From the NCBI GenBank assembly GCA_951406725.2, contig OX597833.1, positions 23,374,001 through 23,438,000 on the forward strand: DNA of 64,000 nt, read 5' to 3'. The notes under the pieces were generated by a model that saw nothing but the letters and a program-made list of their open reading frames with translations, did not search any database and was not told the origin of the DNA. A program made the position numbers and the translations under genes. Shown one piece after another: positions 13,562 to 28,800 of the stretch; the stretch's first letter is position 1; the number at the start of each line of letters is the position of its first letter. Origin of the DNA: Octopus vulgaris (Eukaryota).

Positions 13562-15455
13562 TTTGTGTAAACCCGCAGAACTTCTGAAGTTTGCAACTGA
13601 TTTTCTCTAAACTGGGGACATACACTACTTATGCTCCAGAGATGGTTTTAGACTCTTAAAATTTGTCATATAATGTGTAATGGGGCCCCTGGGGGCAGAA
13701 AACTCCCTTTCCTGGGGTACATACAACTGCCTGCATGGTCCATGCATTGCTTCTGTTCAAACTGGAAAAAAACAATAACTGAAATGATATAAGTAGGTTG
13801 TATTAAATGGATGAACCAATGTAAACTTCAAACAGAATTGTCTCAGTGGTAGCAATAATAGCCTGTTCCCGTAATACCATAGGTAGCGATTTGTTGGAAT
13901 AAAAACCATTTGAAATGCACAATGTTTATTATGAAAAATGTGCTAAAATATGTTAAATCCTGAGCAACTATTCAACTATTTTATTTTAGCTTCAATATCA
14001 GTCTTTCTTCTAAACCTAGACAAAGCTCATACAAATATTCTTCAACTATTGATTACAAACCAAAATATCACATGTACATTAACCTACTAAATTATGGTGT
14101 CTAAGACCTAACCATGTTAGAGATCGTGTCCTTAATGAGACCTTGAGTACCCAAATGCTGCATGCAGAACTGCATTTGTTTGGGAGCTGAGTTGTCCTCA
14201 CAATGGTCACACGCTGTTTACACAAAGCAGTGCATGGTTGAGCCATGACTACTGATTCTCAACCATGTCGGCAACCCAACCCCATTTGTTAGAGACCGTG
14301 TCCTTAATGTGATCTTGCATACCTCGATGCTGCATGCAGAATCGTTTCCATTTGGGAGCTGAGTTGTGTTCACAATGGTCACATGCTGTTTACACAAAGG
14401 AGTGCACAGCTGAGCCACAAATATTGATTCCAAACTGATATATCGCATGACAGTGTTGTTTCCAAGCACTTCCTTGCCAATCACCCCCACCGCCTTACCA
14501 TGTCATTTCTTTCATGCGATGCTGTTGAGAGTGCCCACAGACTACATCACCTAGATGTAGTTCCTATGTCTGCTGATTGTTCAGTTTGGTTGTGGCTGTG
14601 CTGACAGCTGCAAAGGAGAGTATATCCACTGAGAGCATTTTGGTGCATTCAAAAATCACATACCACCCATCAACTTTTCCATGACAAGGTTAGGGCCTGG
14701 AATCTTTTGTATGGATGCATGACAGGTCACTTAGTTGAATGAGCCCTTCACTTAATCCACAAATGTTTTATCGTCAGCGCTGCACTTCCCCATATCACAT
14801 GTTTCAACTTAACTGTACCATATATACAAAGTATGCCATTTAAATCTCAAGCAATGCCGGGTATGTCTGCTAATTTGATATAAATTATCACTATCATCAT
14901 TAATTTTAAATTATCTTTTCAATAGGAGTATGGATTATGGGCTGTACATCATGGCAGTAAGATGCAGTTTGTTTTAATTTTGGAATTGCTAACTTAAGGG
15001 AATTTAGGAGAAATTCTAACTGAATTCCACATTAATCATGTAGTAGATACATCTCTCTCTTTTCAGAAATGAATATCCAGTGTTAAGAACATCTCAGTTG
15101 TAGGTACAAGTGTGGGTAGTACCTACCACCCACATATGTAATTATGGACAAACAGTGGAAACTAGTAAAAGAAAGAATAAAAGGATACATACACCATATT
15201 TTATGCTTTTCAGTTTTAATACATCTTAAGATAACTAGGGTACTCTTTACTCTTTTACTCATTTCAGTTATTTGACTGTGGCCATGCTGGAGCACCGCCT
15301 TTAGTCGAGCAAATCGACCCCAGGACTTATTCTTTGTAAGCCTAGTACTTATTCTATCGGTCTCTTATGCCGAACCGCTAAGTTATGGGGACGTAAACAC
15401 ACCACCATCGGTTGTCAAGCGATGTTGGGGTACACACACAGACACACAAACATAT

Positions 15456-15528
<73 letters not shown>

Positions 15529-16775
15529 TATGACGGGCTTCTTTCATTTTCCGTCTACCAAATCCACTCACAAGGCTTTGGTCGGCCCGAGGCTATAGTA
15601 GAAGACACTTGTCCAAGGTGCCATGCAGTGGGACTGAACCCGGAACCATGTGGTTCGTAAGCAAGCTACTTACTACACAGCCAATCCTACGCCTACATAC
15701 ATCATATTTTATGTTTTAATACATCTTAAGATAACTAGAGTACATACATCATATGCAATCTTTTTCACTGGTAACATATCCCAAGATACCTAGACATATG
15801 GAATATTTCAGTAATGTTAGAATATTCGGATTCATCACGATATGAAGCCAGATTCATAAATAATAAACAACGTACCTGAGGTGTTTTCTCCACAACTTTT
15901 CTTGGGAGTTGCATCAGCAATTTTCCCAACTGTAAAATATACAAAACAGACATTTGAATGAGAGGGGAGTGGAGTATGTATGTATTTTAACCAAAACTTT
16001 CTGTCTAATTCTTGCAAACTGGGGACAATTTTCAGACAGGTTCAATTATTGAAAGTATTTAACCTTTCTTTAAAGACTACTTCATACAAAATGTAATGAA
16101 GTATCTATTTTTTAAACTAAGGCAAGTGAAACAATGTAAACTAATCTCAGAATGCAATAAAATATCAATAACAAAGTAGGAAACTGTGGCTTAACGAGCC
16201 AGGCATGAGGTACACATTTGAAATAGTGAGAAACTTTAAAAACGTAGGGGAAAATTCCTGATTGATGTAGCCATTTGCCATAAAATTTTTCATGCTTACA
16301 CACACACACTACACATCAGAAATAGCCAACTAAGAAAAGCTGGAGGGAGACCAAAACAACTAAGGAGAAAAATGAAAAGGTCAAAGATATATATATATAT
16401 AAAGCTGAAGTTGCCTGTGTATGGCAGGTTTGGTAGCCTTCAACTAACACTATCTCCTCCGAGACCCTGCGGTGCAAGTTGACCAAAATTGAGAGTATGA
16501 TAGAAGAAGGCTTGCTCTTCATTCCGTAGAAGAAAAAATTCAAATCGGACCATGTTAATATCAAAAATTATTTACATCAAAAAGGTGCTTTTTTTCTCTG
16601 AAAATCCCTATTTTTTATGATTTTTTGACTGCTGTGTCACCATTTTCTGGTGTATTTCAACCAGAAAAATGTTCACTTAAAGAGAATGACAAGCTACATA
16701 ATGCAAAATTTTTACTTTTCAAAAATTCCAATTCTAAAGGGTCAAAACAAACCCGAGCAATGCAGAGCGATACTG

Positions 16776-16843
<68 letters not shown>

Positions 16844-19800
16844 CAAGAAAATGTACATAACATATATCATATGATAAATATATAACAATGATGTAGGAAG
16901 TTCTTTTTCAAATGAATGGTATTAGTTTGTCACTTTTAGAGACACTGTATTTTCATACTCTCTTAGAAGATATTTATACTCCTTTTCTGCTGAGAGGACA
17001 GCTGAGACTGTGTGATTTCCATGTCTTTCACAAAGTTACCAGCGAAGGATAGATTGTATGATGCTTTTGCATGACCTGTGATGCTGCCTGGCAATGAGAT
17101 GTGGGTACTGAATGTTGAGGATGTTCAAAGGCTGCTGGATGTGTAATGTTAGTGTGCATGGATAAAATGTTATAAAATAAATGAGCTGAGAGAGAAGGTG
17201 GGTGTATGAGGGATCAAAGGTAGGATGTAAGAGATGACTGCTGGTATGGATAAATGATGTGTATGGATGATAAAAAAAAAGATACCAGGAGCTCGATGAT
17301 GAAGGAAACTGGGGGAGAGAAAGACCAAACAGGATGGATGCAGGAATAGTGATGGCTGATGTTTGGAGGCTGAATCTCACAAAAGAGAAGACAAAGGAAT
17401 GCAACAAATGCTGGCATGCTATGTTGGAAAAGACCCACCTAACCCATGCAAGCATGGAAAAGCGAATATGATAGTGATGAAAGACAATGTAAACAAGTTA
17501 ACCATTAGCCGTTTAGAAAGAATTTAATGAGTACTTACTCTTCTCCATACCAGGTTTATCACTAAGGTCAGAATATCCTGGACTGGAGTGGTATGGTGGA
17601 GTCAGGTTACTTGGAGAAGTACATGAATAAAATCCCTTTAAAATCATCCAAGTAAGGTACACCTGCAGAAGACCAAATAAGTCAATGTCACTATTAGCAC
17701 CTTTATAATTTACAAGTAGACGAATATTAATATAGCACAGAAATATTGACATATCATACATTTATATGTGTCGCCATGATAGATTGTTAGCCACTACACA
17801 CATTTTTTTCTCTCCTTGTTTTTTCTGTGTCCCTTTCTGTAGAAGAGCAAAGGCTTGAAATGTAAAAGACTTTTTCAATTCCTGAGCGTTATACTAGTAC
17901 ATCTGTTCGTTTTGTACACCACCTGTCTTCGTCTTTTGTTTTTTTTCATGAACTCTCCCCACACATTTATATATATGGGTATGATATAGATAGGTAGCTT
18001 CTGCTATAGGCCCACCCCTCAGGCAGATCAAAGCCTTGTGAATGGATTTGGAAGATGGAAACTGAAAAAAAGCACATTGCGTGTGTTTGCATACATCAGC
18101 ACTTGCTTTTGCAAATGTTCTGACACTCAAGTGTTGCTCTTGTCACTTCTGTCAATAATACATCGGCTTACTTGATGCCTTCAAAACCATGAGGAATAAG
18201 AGATTCTTTATTTGAAAAACAAGTAGTAATTAGCTTCAGGAAGGGCAAGCATCGAGCTGTAAAAAATGCCTATTATTTGTCTAACCCATGCTTGTTAGGA
18301 AAAATGGGGGCAAAACAAACACACAGAAGACATTAACATGATTTAGACACATGCTATAAATAAGGGCAGGGATTATCTTTTACAAACATGATCTAAGCTA
18401 AGGTACTGATTATCTATGCAAAGAGCACCATATGAGTGTAATTGTTTGACAGAGCGGCTAAGCAGCTTCCGTGCCGGTGTCACATAAAAGGCACCATTCG
18501 AGCGTGATCGTTACCAGCGTTGCCTTTCTGGCACTTGTGCCCGTGCTAGTAGGGTGCCAAGAGCACCATCCGAGCGTGATCATTGCCAGAGCAGCCAACT
18601 GGCTTCCGCACTGGTGGTACGTAAAAGGGCATCATTCAAGTGTGATCGTTACCAGTGTCACCTTACTGGCACCTGTGCTGGTGGCATGTGTAAAAAGATT
18701 CGAGCAAGGTCTTTGCCAGTACCGCCTGACTGGCCCCTGTGCTGGTGGCACGTAAAAAGCACCCACTACACTCATGGAGTGGTTGGCGTTAGGAAGGGCA
18801 TCCAGCTGTAGAAACTCTGCCAGATCAAGATTGGAGCCTGGTGCAGCCATCTAGTTCGCCAGACCTCAGTCAAAATTGTCCAACCCATGCTAGCATGGAA
18901 AGCGGACGTTAAACGATGATGATGTACACATGGTACGACAATGGATAAAGATTATCTGTTTTCTGTGTATAGTGTACATACAGGGATAGGGTTAGCAATT
19001 TCATAGAAATAATAAAAAGAACGATGTTGAACAATTCTCACCAACCAACAACTACAAAATAATATTTTCAAAATTAGAAATTTACCTGTTTTCTATTTAG
19101 TCTTTGAGCAACAGAAGCATTATGGTCACAGATTTCTTCAAAAGATTTACCATTAAGTTTGTACATATTAGCAGTATTAATAAACCAGTCCATAGAAAAA
19201 TCCTGAAAAGAATATGGGTAAACTTAATTAGTAATATTAATGAGTTAAAGTATAATTACATAATTACAAGAAAGGCAGAAAGTTAATGCTAAATTTTGTT
19301 CATTAACTGGGAATGGTAAGTCGTAGATGATAATTCTGAACTAGAGATAAAATGAAAGTGAGAAAAGGTGAGATAATAATACTAATAATAAACTTATTGT
19401 ATACAATGTTCAGCTGCACTTAATTTAGTAAATAATAGAAATAAACCAAAAACTAGTCAATCATAAAGAATAATAATTCTTTCTGCTATAGGTACAAGCC
19501 CTGAAATTTTGGGCTAATTGATTACATCAGGTTTATCACTAATGGCAGATAATGCTCAAATGGGGTCTTATTTTACTAACCCTGAAAGGATGAAAGGCAA
19601 AGGTAATTTAAATTCAGGAAGATTTGGAAGAAATGTCACTAGGCATTTTGACTGTGCTAAAATTGTGTCAGCTCACTGCCTTAATAATGGTTTAAAATTT
19701 TGGCATACGGTCAGTAATTTCAGAGAAGGGACAAATTGATTACATCAATCCAAGTGTTCAACTAAAACTTATTTAACTGACCCCAAAGAGATGAAAAACA

Positions 19801-22800
19801 AAACTAACGCTGGTAGAATTTGAACTCAGAATGCTTAGTGGCATTTTGTCCAGTGTGCTAACAATTCTGCCAGCTCACTGCCTTAATTCTCTTATAAAAC
19901 CAATAATAATAGTTGTGGCCATTATCATTTTAACATCCACTTTTCCAAGCTTGCATGGGTCAGATGGAATTTATTGAGGCAGATTTTCTATGGCTAAGGT
20001 GTCCTTCTTGTCACCAACACTTACTTGCTTCCAAGCAAGATAATATTTCCCCATGTTGAGACACTTGTATGATGGCGATGCTCATGCACAACCATCACAT
20101 AGTGACATGACAAGGGTACACACATACATACACACACATACTTATATATATATTCTGTTGTGTCTGGGGAGAGTCGTTTTCTTTTTGTGCCTTATAATAT
20201 AACACACTCACCGGTAAATTTTTTCTTTTTTTTTTCCCCTAAAATATAAAGAATTTTGCAAACCAAATCCAAAAATGAAATATATATATTATGACAGGCT
20301 TCTTTCAGTTTCCATCAACCAATTCCACTTACATGGCTTTGGTCAATGCAGAACTATAGTAGAAGACACTTGCACAAGTGCTATGCAGTGGGACTGAACC
20401 CAAAACCATATGGTTGGAAACTAGTCTCTCAATTACTCAGCCATACCTGCACTTAAAGCAACAGCTATGTAATTGTGTCAGAAATGAGCAAACAACATGG
20501 TAAGAGTACTTACTGGGGAAGAATCAGATAGAAATAAATAAAGGTTGCTCTTGGCCCACATGTAATGCTCAGAACTTGGTGAAGAGGTAGAAGCTTCATC
20601 AGCTGAAACAAAGTAAAAATACCTACATTAAATATTGAAATAACAGCAACAATTTAATCTTCATTATGCTCTGGAAAACTGAGATGGTTGAGTGCATCAT
20701 CGTTATAGTGGAGCTTCCATAAATATATTATATATGTATCAATATATATATATATCATCATCATCTAACGTCTGTCTTCCATGCTGGCATGGGTTGGACG
20801 TTTTGACAGGAGCCAACCAGATAGAAGACTACACCAGGCTATTGTGTCTGCTTTGGCAGGGTTTTTATGGCTGGGTGGCCTTCCTAACACCAACCACACT
20901 GTAGAGTGGACTGAATGCTTTTGTTTGTTCCTTCTCGAGCCATGCCTGGCTCATAAGGGCTGGCTTCCCGGTCTCCGTGGCGTATAGGTTCCCCACCTGG
21001 ATGGGACGCCAGTCCGTTGCAGGTGAGCTGCAAGATGCAGGAGGAAAGAGTGAGAGAAAGTTGTGGCGAAAGAGTCAGCAGAAGTTCGCCATTACCTTCT
21101 GCCAGAGCCGCGTGGAGCTTAGGTGTTTCGCTCATAAACACACACATCGTCCAGTCTGAGATTCGAACCCACGATCCCTCGACCACGAGTCTGCTGTTCT
21201 AACCACTAGGCCATGTACCTCCACACACACACTGAGTGCTTTTACATGGCACCAGCACACGTGAGGTCAGTTTCGGCATAGTTTTTATAGCTGGATGCCC
21301 TTCCAAATGCCAACCATTTCACAGTGTGAACTGGATGCCTTTTACATAGCACCAGCACAACCTGCAAGACAAGGAATTGCCCTGTCCCCTCTCAAGAGGG
21401 GACAGGGCAATAGAGGAGGTGATCTTGGGTCAGATGATGAAAGATTAGAGTGTGACCAAGAGACAGCGATGTAGAAACAGGTGTCTTGTTATAGAGGAGG
21501 TATATGGTTACCCAGCCAAGAGAAAGAGAGTGATAACAAGAAAGAGGAGAGAAACAGGTGTGCTCTTTGTCACCCTCTAACCTATCATTCTTACACGAGT
21601 TCCCCTCCTCAAATGTCCCTGCCCCTCTCATAATTCCTTGTCTTGTGAGTTACTTGGTGACCCTGCCAGTATTGGTACCTTGTAAAAAGCATCCAGCTGT
21701 AAAACTCACGCCACAACTAACCTTGCCTGTGCTAGTGCCACATAAAAAGCACCAAGTCCAGTCTGCAGAGTGGTTGGTGTTAGGATTCTCTTTTTATAAG
21801 AATCGTTAACTAATAAACAATTAACTGATAAACAATTTCACCAGTGATAACTTTAGCTATAATTCATTGTGGATTGATAAAAACACTATCAATAACTTAA
21901 TATGGCTGTTAGATTCTTATCTACAAAACTGATTTTATGGTTTGTTACAATGGATCTCTGCTCTACATCAGTTTGATAATTACTCATTTTCGACTAAACA
22001 AAAATGGAGACACCTATCTCAGGAAACTTAAACAAGAACTAACGGAATACTTACAGTAGAACTGTTTGGTAGGTTTGTGTATTTCTGAGATTTGATCTCG
22101 ATATGGTTTCAACAACTGTTCACTCACAGCCTGAGCTACATCACCGTTTTTACTTATATTCACTCCAACACGATTAATGTGTTCAAGTGGGTGTTGAGCC
22201 TCTTTAAAAATATTTTGGCACAAATAGCCATCACGACCACAGCTGAGGAGGATGTTGGGACTGTTTCTCCACTGAATACCTGAAATCAAATGACGACAAT
22301 AGTAAGTTCAATATTCATAATAAAACTATTAAAAAAATACATTTGTGAGCAACTGTATTTTTATACACAGTTTTATACAAAATGTCTGAAAGTTTTTTTG
22401 TTTTTTTTTAATCTATTTTTAAGATATAACTTTAAAATTACACTGTTCTTAAATTTCTTTATTAGAAATACATACACGAAGAGAATACCCTCCATCAGGC
22501 ATTTGCCATATTCTGAATGCCTTACTTCCCTGGGCATGGATACATTGAAACTCCGACGTCTGGCAGTTGACTTGGCAGACACCCATAAAATTATTAACCA
22601 TCTTACCAACAATAACTCTGAGCACCTTTTCAAACTCCACCTGTCTAACACCCGTGGACATGTTTACAAAGTCAGAAAACAGCACAGCTCCCATGACTTT
22701 CGGAAACATTTTTTCACGCTAAGAGTTGCTGAAGCATGGAACAAACTGCCGGCATCAGTTGTTAGTTGTCGGGGCACTGCATCCTTCAAAACTTCCATGC

Positions 22801-25800
22801 TTCCTGAGATTCGCCAACAATACTACACCTGATTTTCTCCCCTCCATACACACGCAAGCATGTATCTGACTCATACACTGTTCGCTTTCCAGACATTTGT
22901 ACATTACTGCATATGCTTTATACGCACTTTTGACAAGTTGTGGTGCACCTGAGCACTGTATACAATAATTTCATTTTTAAATACATTATTTAAAAAAATG
23001 AAATGAAAATAATAGTGAAAATGTATTGATCTACATACCAGAAGCCACATCTTTGTGTCTGTTAAAGGCAGCCAGGGGAATGTATGGTCGACGAATATCC
23101 CAAATATTGACAGCAAAATCCACAAGGAGGGAACTGCTAGCTATAAGATATTTGTAGTCAGGTCGCCACTTACACCTAGCTACTGAGGCCATGGTATGTA
23201 CAATATGAACGAGTTTCTTTGTAGGCATATCCCACACCTGATTTGGAAAACAAACACATAAACATATATGATACAAAAAATATCTCATAAAACAAATTTA
23301 AAAACATTTATCAAAAGACGTTCTTTCCTTATCATCAAAAAGGTTGCATGGATATCTGTAACTCAAATACATCTCAACACCACATTCATAGCCACAACTT
23401 TTATCTTTGAGCTATCTGGTCTAATTTTTTGAACTACAATTATATAATGAAATGTTTAAAGATGTTCACTACAGCAACAATACTTACTGTATAATATATT
23501 CTGCAAATGGGTTCAGAATGTTCTCTCTATAATAGATATATTCTATATATAGTAACAATTCTAACTTTATGTCATAATATTTGGCTCCAGGTTGCTCTCA
23601 AGATAAGGAATAACAAATGGTTCATATTGCCACTGAACAAAACAACTATGTGTACTGAAGTAACATAAATGAGACTGAGTTTTGGTGACTTTTAATACAA
23701 TTGAGAGGTAGACTTTTAAAACACTACTAGCACTATGACCCGGCGCTGCCAGATCATAGTGCTAGTGCATGCATATACAGCTGCATGCGTGCGCACATAC
23801 ACGCGAGTACTGTCCAAATCTCCAACCAATCACATACAGCTAGCTGGCATTCAATTGGCATATCAAGTTTCAGGTATTCTGATTGGGTCTTGGATAGAAA
23901 ATTCACAAAAAAGTCACTTCTATTGATTTTTTAATGGCTTTGTGGGGTGACTGGGGAAATGTAAAGATGTGCACGACCACCCTTGGACGGTTTTGAATGA
24001 CCACAGAAAGTGCAAGCCCCCTAACTGAAAAATTGTGGATTTGTATAAAGGATACACACACAGACAGACATTTTGCCGTTTATATATATAGAGATATACA
24101 AGGGATGACAACAGTGTAGAATCTCTCTCATTCCAAGGCCTTCAATACAATTTCTTTTGTGATGCAGTGATGTTACTTGAATAATATATATTTACCTGGT
24201 GCTGACATACATCACCAGGTAAATGCATGCAGGTAGAATATCTAATTATCTTGCTACAAGAGAAAACATCACTGAAGAAGTTAACCAAAAGTACTCTGAG
24301 ATTTTAAGTGGTGAAGTTTTTCAGGTCAATAAATAATCTGCTCAGAAAGTGAAAAATAAAAGCAATATTTGATACATGAAATCAAGGCAGAGAAAAGTCG
24401 ACCTGAATACTGAACCAACTAACATTTACTTACAAGTTGTTATTTACCTTGAATTGGGTCTTCAACTGAAGATCAATATGTCCAACTTCAAATTGCCATG
24501 CTGCTCACCATGACTCTGGCTCCGGGAATTTTCATCAGTGAGGTTAACTCCTCTTTAAACACATTACTGAAAGGCCATTAACTTGTACAGGTTCCCCCAT
24601 CCTTTGACAGGATGGAAAACTAACTATGAAGTGCCAGAACTCCATATTAATTTTCAAGTAGTTAAAGTGACTTAATGAACCACCAGTTCCATCAACTGGA
24701 AATAATTCACTAATTGCATTGAACGTTAACTGAAGAGGGTCTTCTGTGCAGACTGCCTTGTAGTTTCACCAAATGAAGATCATATCATCATCATCATCAT
24801 TTAACGTCCATTTTCCATGCTAGCATGGGTTGGACGGTTCAACCAGGGTCTGGAAAGCCAGAAGGCTGCACCAGGCTCCAGTCTGAACTGGCAGTGTTTC
24901 TACAGTTGGATGCCCTTCCTAACGCCAACCACTCTGTGAGTGTAGTGAGTGCTTTTAACATGCCAGGGGAGGCTGGCAACAGCCATGATCAGTTGATGCT
25001 TTTTACGTGCCACCGGCACAGAAGCCAGTCAAGGCAGGGCTGGCATCAGCCACGTTTGGATGGTGCTTTTTACATGCCACTGGCACAGGTATCACAACTA
25101 CAATTTCCATTTGATTTTTTGATGTTGATGTACCTGACTCGTCAAATGAAATTCTGAAGATCAATATGCCCAACTTCATATCTACCATAACTTCACTATG
25201 ACTGGCTCAGGGATTTTTCATCATTGAGGTTAACCCCCTCTTTATACACACTACTGAAAGCCCATCGACTCATACAAGTTCCTCCACTCTTTGACAGGAA
25301 GAAAAACTAACATTTAAAGCATACACTATCAGACAACTTTACTTACTCTTATAGCTCTATCTCTTCCACCGGTGGCAAGCCAGTTTTTGTCCATAGGGTT
25401 CCAGTCCAGTGTGAACACTGGTCCTGTATGAGCTATTATCTCTCTATCAGGACGATCTGGACGTCGAATATCCCATTCCTATTTGTTTGAAAGAAAAAAG
25501 AAAAACTGTAACGCTTCTGTTACCAAATTTCTGCTGAAATATTGAAATACATTGTCTTTGCTTCATTTAAGTTTGAAAATAATAGAGAATTTATAGTAAG
25601 ACGACTTTGTCACGATTAGGCTGGAGTTTGGAATATAAATTAACATAATCTTTTGATGGACACTTTTAACGTAGTTCACTTCAAAACAAGAAATTCGTAT
25701 CATAGGACAAGAGGCTGATCTCAGTGAGGTTGGTAACAAAAATGTTACTTAGCAACAGATCCAGTAGTCAGGAATTAAAGATCAAAATTTAGTGAAGTTT

Positions 25801-28800
25801 AGAAATGGACAAGAATGTCAACTGAAGATAATTGCAGACAATTGAATGAAATGCTGTCAATATAAGACGACAGACATCAAAGATAAACAGCCAGCAAACA
25901 AATCACCATCATCATCATCCTCATCGTTTAACGTCCGCTTTCCATGCTAGCATGCGTTGGACGTATGACTGAGGGCTGGCGAACCAGATGGCTGCACCAG
26001 GCTCCAGTCTTGATCTGGTAGAGTTTCTACAGCTGGATGCCCTTCCTAACGCCAACCACTCCGAGAGTGTAGTAGGTGCTTTTACGTGCCACCGGCACAG
26101 GGGCCAGTCACGCTAGAATTGGCAATGACCACACTCAAATCTCAGTATAAATAACTCGTTTTAAAAATACAATATTGTTATCATTGCCATCGCCACCATC
26201 ATCATCATTTAGCATCTATTTTCTATGCTGGTACAGAGTGAATGGTTTGACAGAATCGGATGAGTTGGTGGGTGGGAGCATTGTGCTGCTTCAAGCATGA
26301 TTTCTATGGACTATAATAGACTAATTAGTAACTTATTCTATTGGAAAAGTAAATTTCTCAACTGCTTGCAATAATCAAGAATCAAAGCAAAGTGTAATAA
26401 ACAAAAAACTTTTAATGACCTGAACAATGCCATTTTCCAATCCGGCAGCAAAGCGGAAATATCCCGAACTATGTGGACAAAACTGAACATCACGAACACT
26501 TTCTTTGGCTGAAAATGTTTTGCTCACATCTTTCCGTCTGATGTCCTATAAAGATAATAAAAGTCCTTGATATAGATAAAGCAGAAATATATAATCAGAG
26601 ATGAAATTCAGTTGAATGAAGGAAAAGGGTTCTGAAATAATTATTGCATTAAGAAGGCTTCTAAAATAAATATAAAAAATTACTGAATTTACATGGATGT
26701 AATTTTATAATCAATTATCATATTACATGCATTTTCAATGGCGTGTGAAATGATTCAGATAAACAGGTGAAGAAGCGGTAATGGCCTTACGAATATTTTC
26801 ATATCTCCATCTTGAGAACCACTGAGGAGAAGGGCAGGTTCTTTGTTATGAAATGTAACTCTGTGGACAGTTCTTTTATGTGACATATAAACATGATCTG
26901 TAAGGAGAAAGATTAATCGTGGTGAATGTATACAACATAAAACTCTTTTGAAAATATTAATGTATTTTATTAAAAGAATAAATAGAAATTTATTTGTTAC
27001 TAGCAGTATCGCCCGGCGTTGCTTGGGTTTGTTTCGACCCTTTAGAATTGGAATTTTTGAAAAGCAAAAATTTTGCATTGTATAGCTTGTCATTCTCTTT
27101 AAGTGAACATTTTTCTGGTTGAATTACACCAAAAAATGGCGACACAGCAGTAAAAAAAATCGCAAAAAATAGGGATTTTCATAGAAAAAAAGCACCTTTG
27201 TGATGTACATAATTTTTGGTGTTAACATGGTCCGATTTGATTTTTTTCTTCTACGGAATGAAGAGCAAGCCTTCTATTATACTCTCAATTTTGGTCAACT
27301 TGCGCCGCAAGTTCTCGGGGGAGATAGTGTTACTTGAAGGCTACCAAACCTGCCATACACAGACAACTTCAGCTTTATATATAGATTAATTAATAATAAA
27401 ATTAACCCTTTTGTTACCACATTTCTTTTGAAACACGCTACCTTTGTTTTAATCAATTTTAAAAACAATGAACAATTTAGTGAAACAACTTGGCCATGTT
27501 AGGCTGGTGTTTGGAACAGAAATTAACAAGAAATGTTGATGGAAGGTTTTAATTTAAATCATTTTAAAAATATTATATCACAGGAACAGGAGTGGTCTAA
27601 GGCAGGTTGGCATTAAAAGAGTTAACCAGGTGAGAAACATTTGTAAGGAAGAGAGAGAAACAAGAGTAGCAGATAAGAAAATTCAATCAATTGTGGTGAA
27701 TACAATGTAGTTTTAATAAACATTCTAAAAAGTTTGGTTTCTTCCATTTTCGGTCTCTCTTCTATAATGGTGTTGTCATTAAGTTATCCTAATTCTCCTT
27801 CATAAGTATCTCATTGTTTTAGTTATCAAATAAAATGTATTTGGTTTTATGATGTCTGTTTCAGTATTAAATGTTTGGTATAAAGTACAGTTTTCTTCCA
27901 CTAAACACTCATTTTCTGTCAATCCCACTCTCGTATGCTCTAAATATATTTTGAAATACTCTAAGTCTGTAGTTTCAACAACGTGAATTTTAAACAGTAA
28001 ATACTGTGGAGGCGCAATGGCTCAGTGGTTAGGGCAGCGGACTCGCGGTTTCGATTCCCAGACCGGGCGTTGTGTGTGTTTATTGAGCGAAAACACCTAA
28101 AGCTCTACGAGGCTCCGGCAGGGGGTGGTGGTGACCCCTGTTGTACTCTTTCGCCACAACTTTCTCTCACTCTTTCTTCCTGTTTCTTGAGTAACGCTGC
28201 GATGGACTGGCGTCCTGTCCAGCTGGGCGGGGGGAACATATACGTCACAGAAACCAGGAAACCGGGCCCATGAGCCTGGCTAGGCTTGAAAAGGGTGCAT
28301 AAATAAATAAAACAAATACTGTAGCAGTTAAGTTAAAGTGACATGGAGAAGACAATAAAGTATATCTCTCTATATATAAACGGCAGTTTGTGTGTCTGTT
28401 AGGTTGTACCCTCACCCTGACCACTGCTTTCAACCGATTCTGATGAAACTTGACACACACATAGCCAAATGTCATAATTCAAAACTAACGCAGCGAAAAT
28501 TTTGAAAAGTTCCCCCAGTTCTGAAAAAAATCGAGAAATTCGACATGGGGTCGAGAATCAGAAACACAAACCACAGACTGTCTAGGGGATGCAACTCGAC
28601 CCTTTTTAACTCTCAAAAAAAATTTACCATCATTTTTTTGTTTCCATTTTTTTGCTATTTTTGGGCTGTAACTCTCTAAAAATGCTTTATTGTTTTTTTC
28701 CTTACAAACCCGAGCAATGCCGGGCGATACTGCTAGTAAAGAGATAAAAATCTGATTGATGTTGTTTCCAACTGATTTTTACTGCATGAAATATTTTTAG

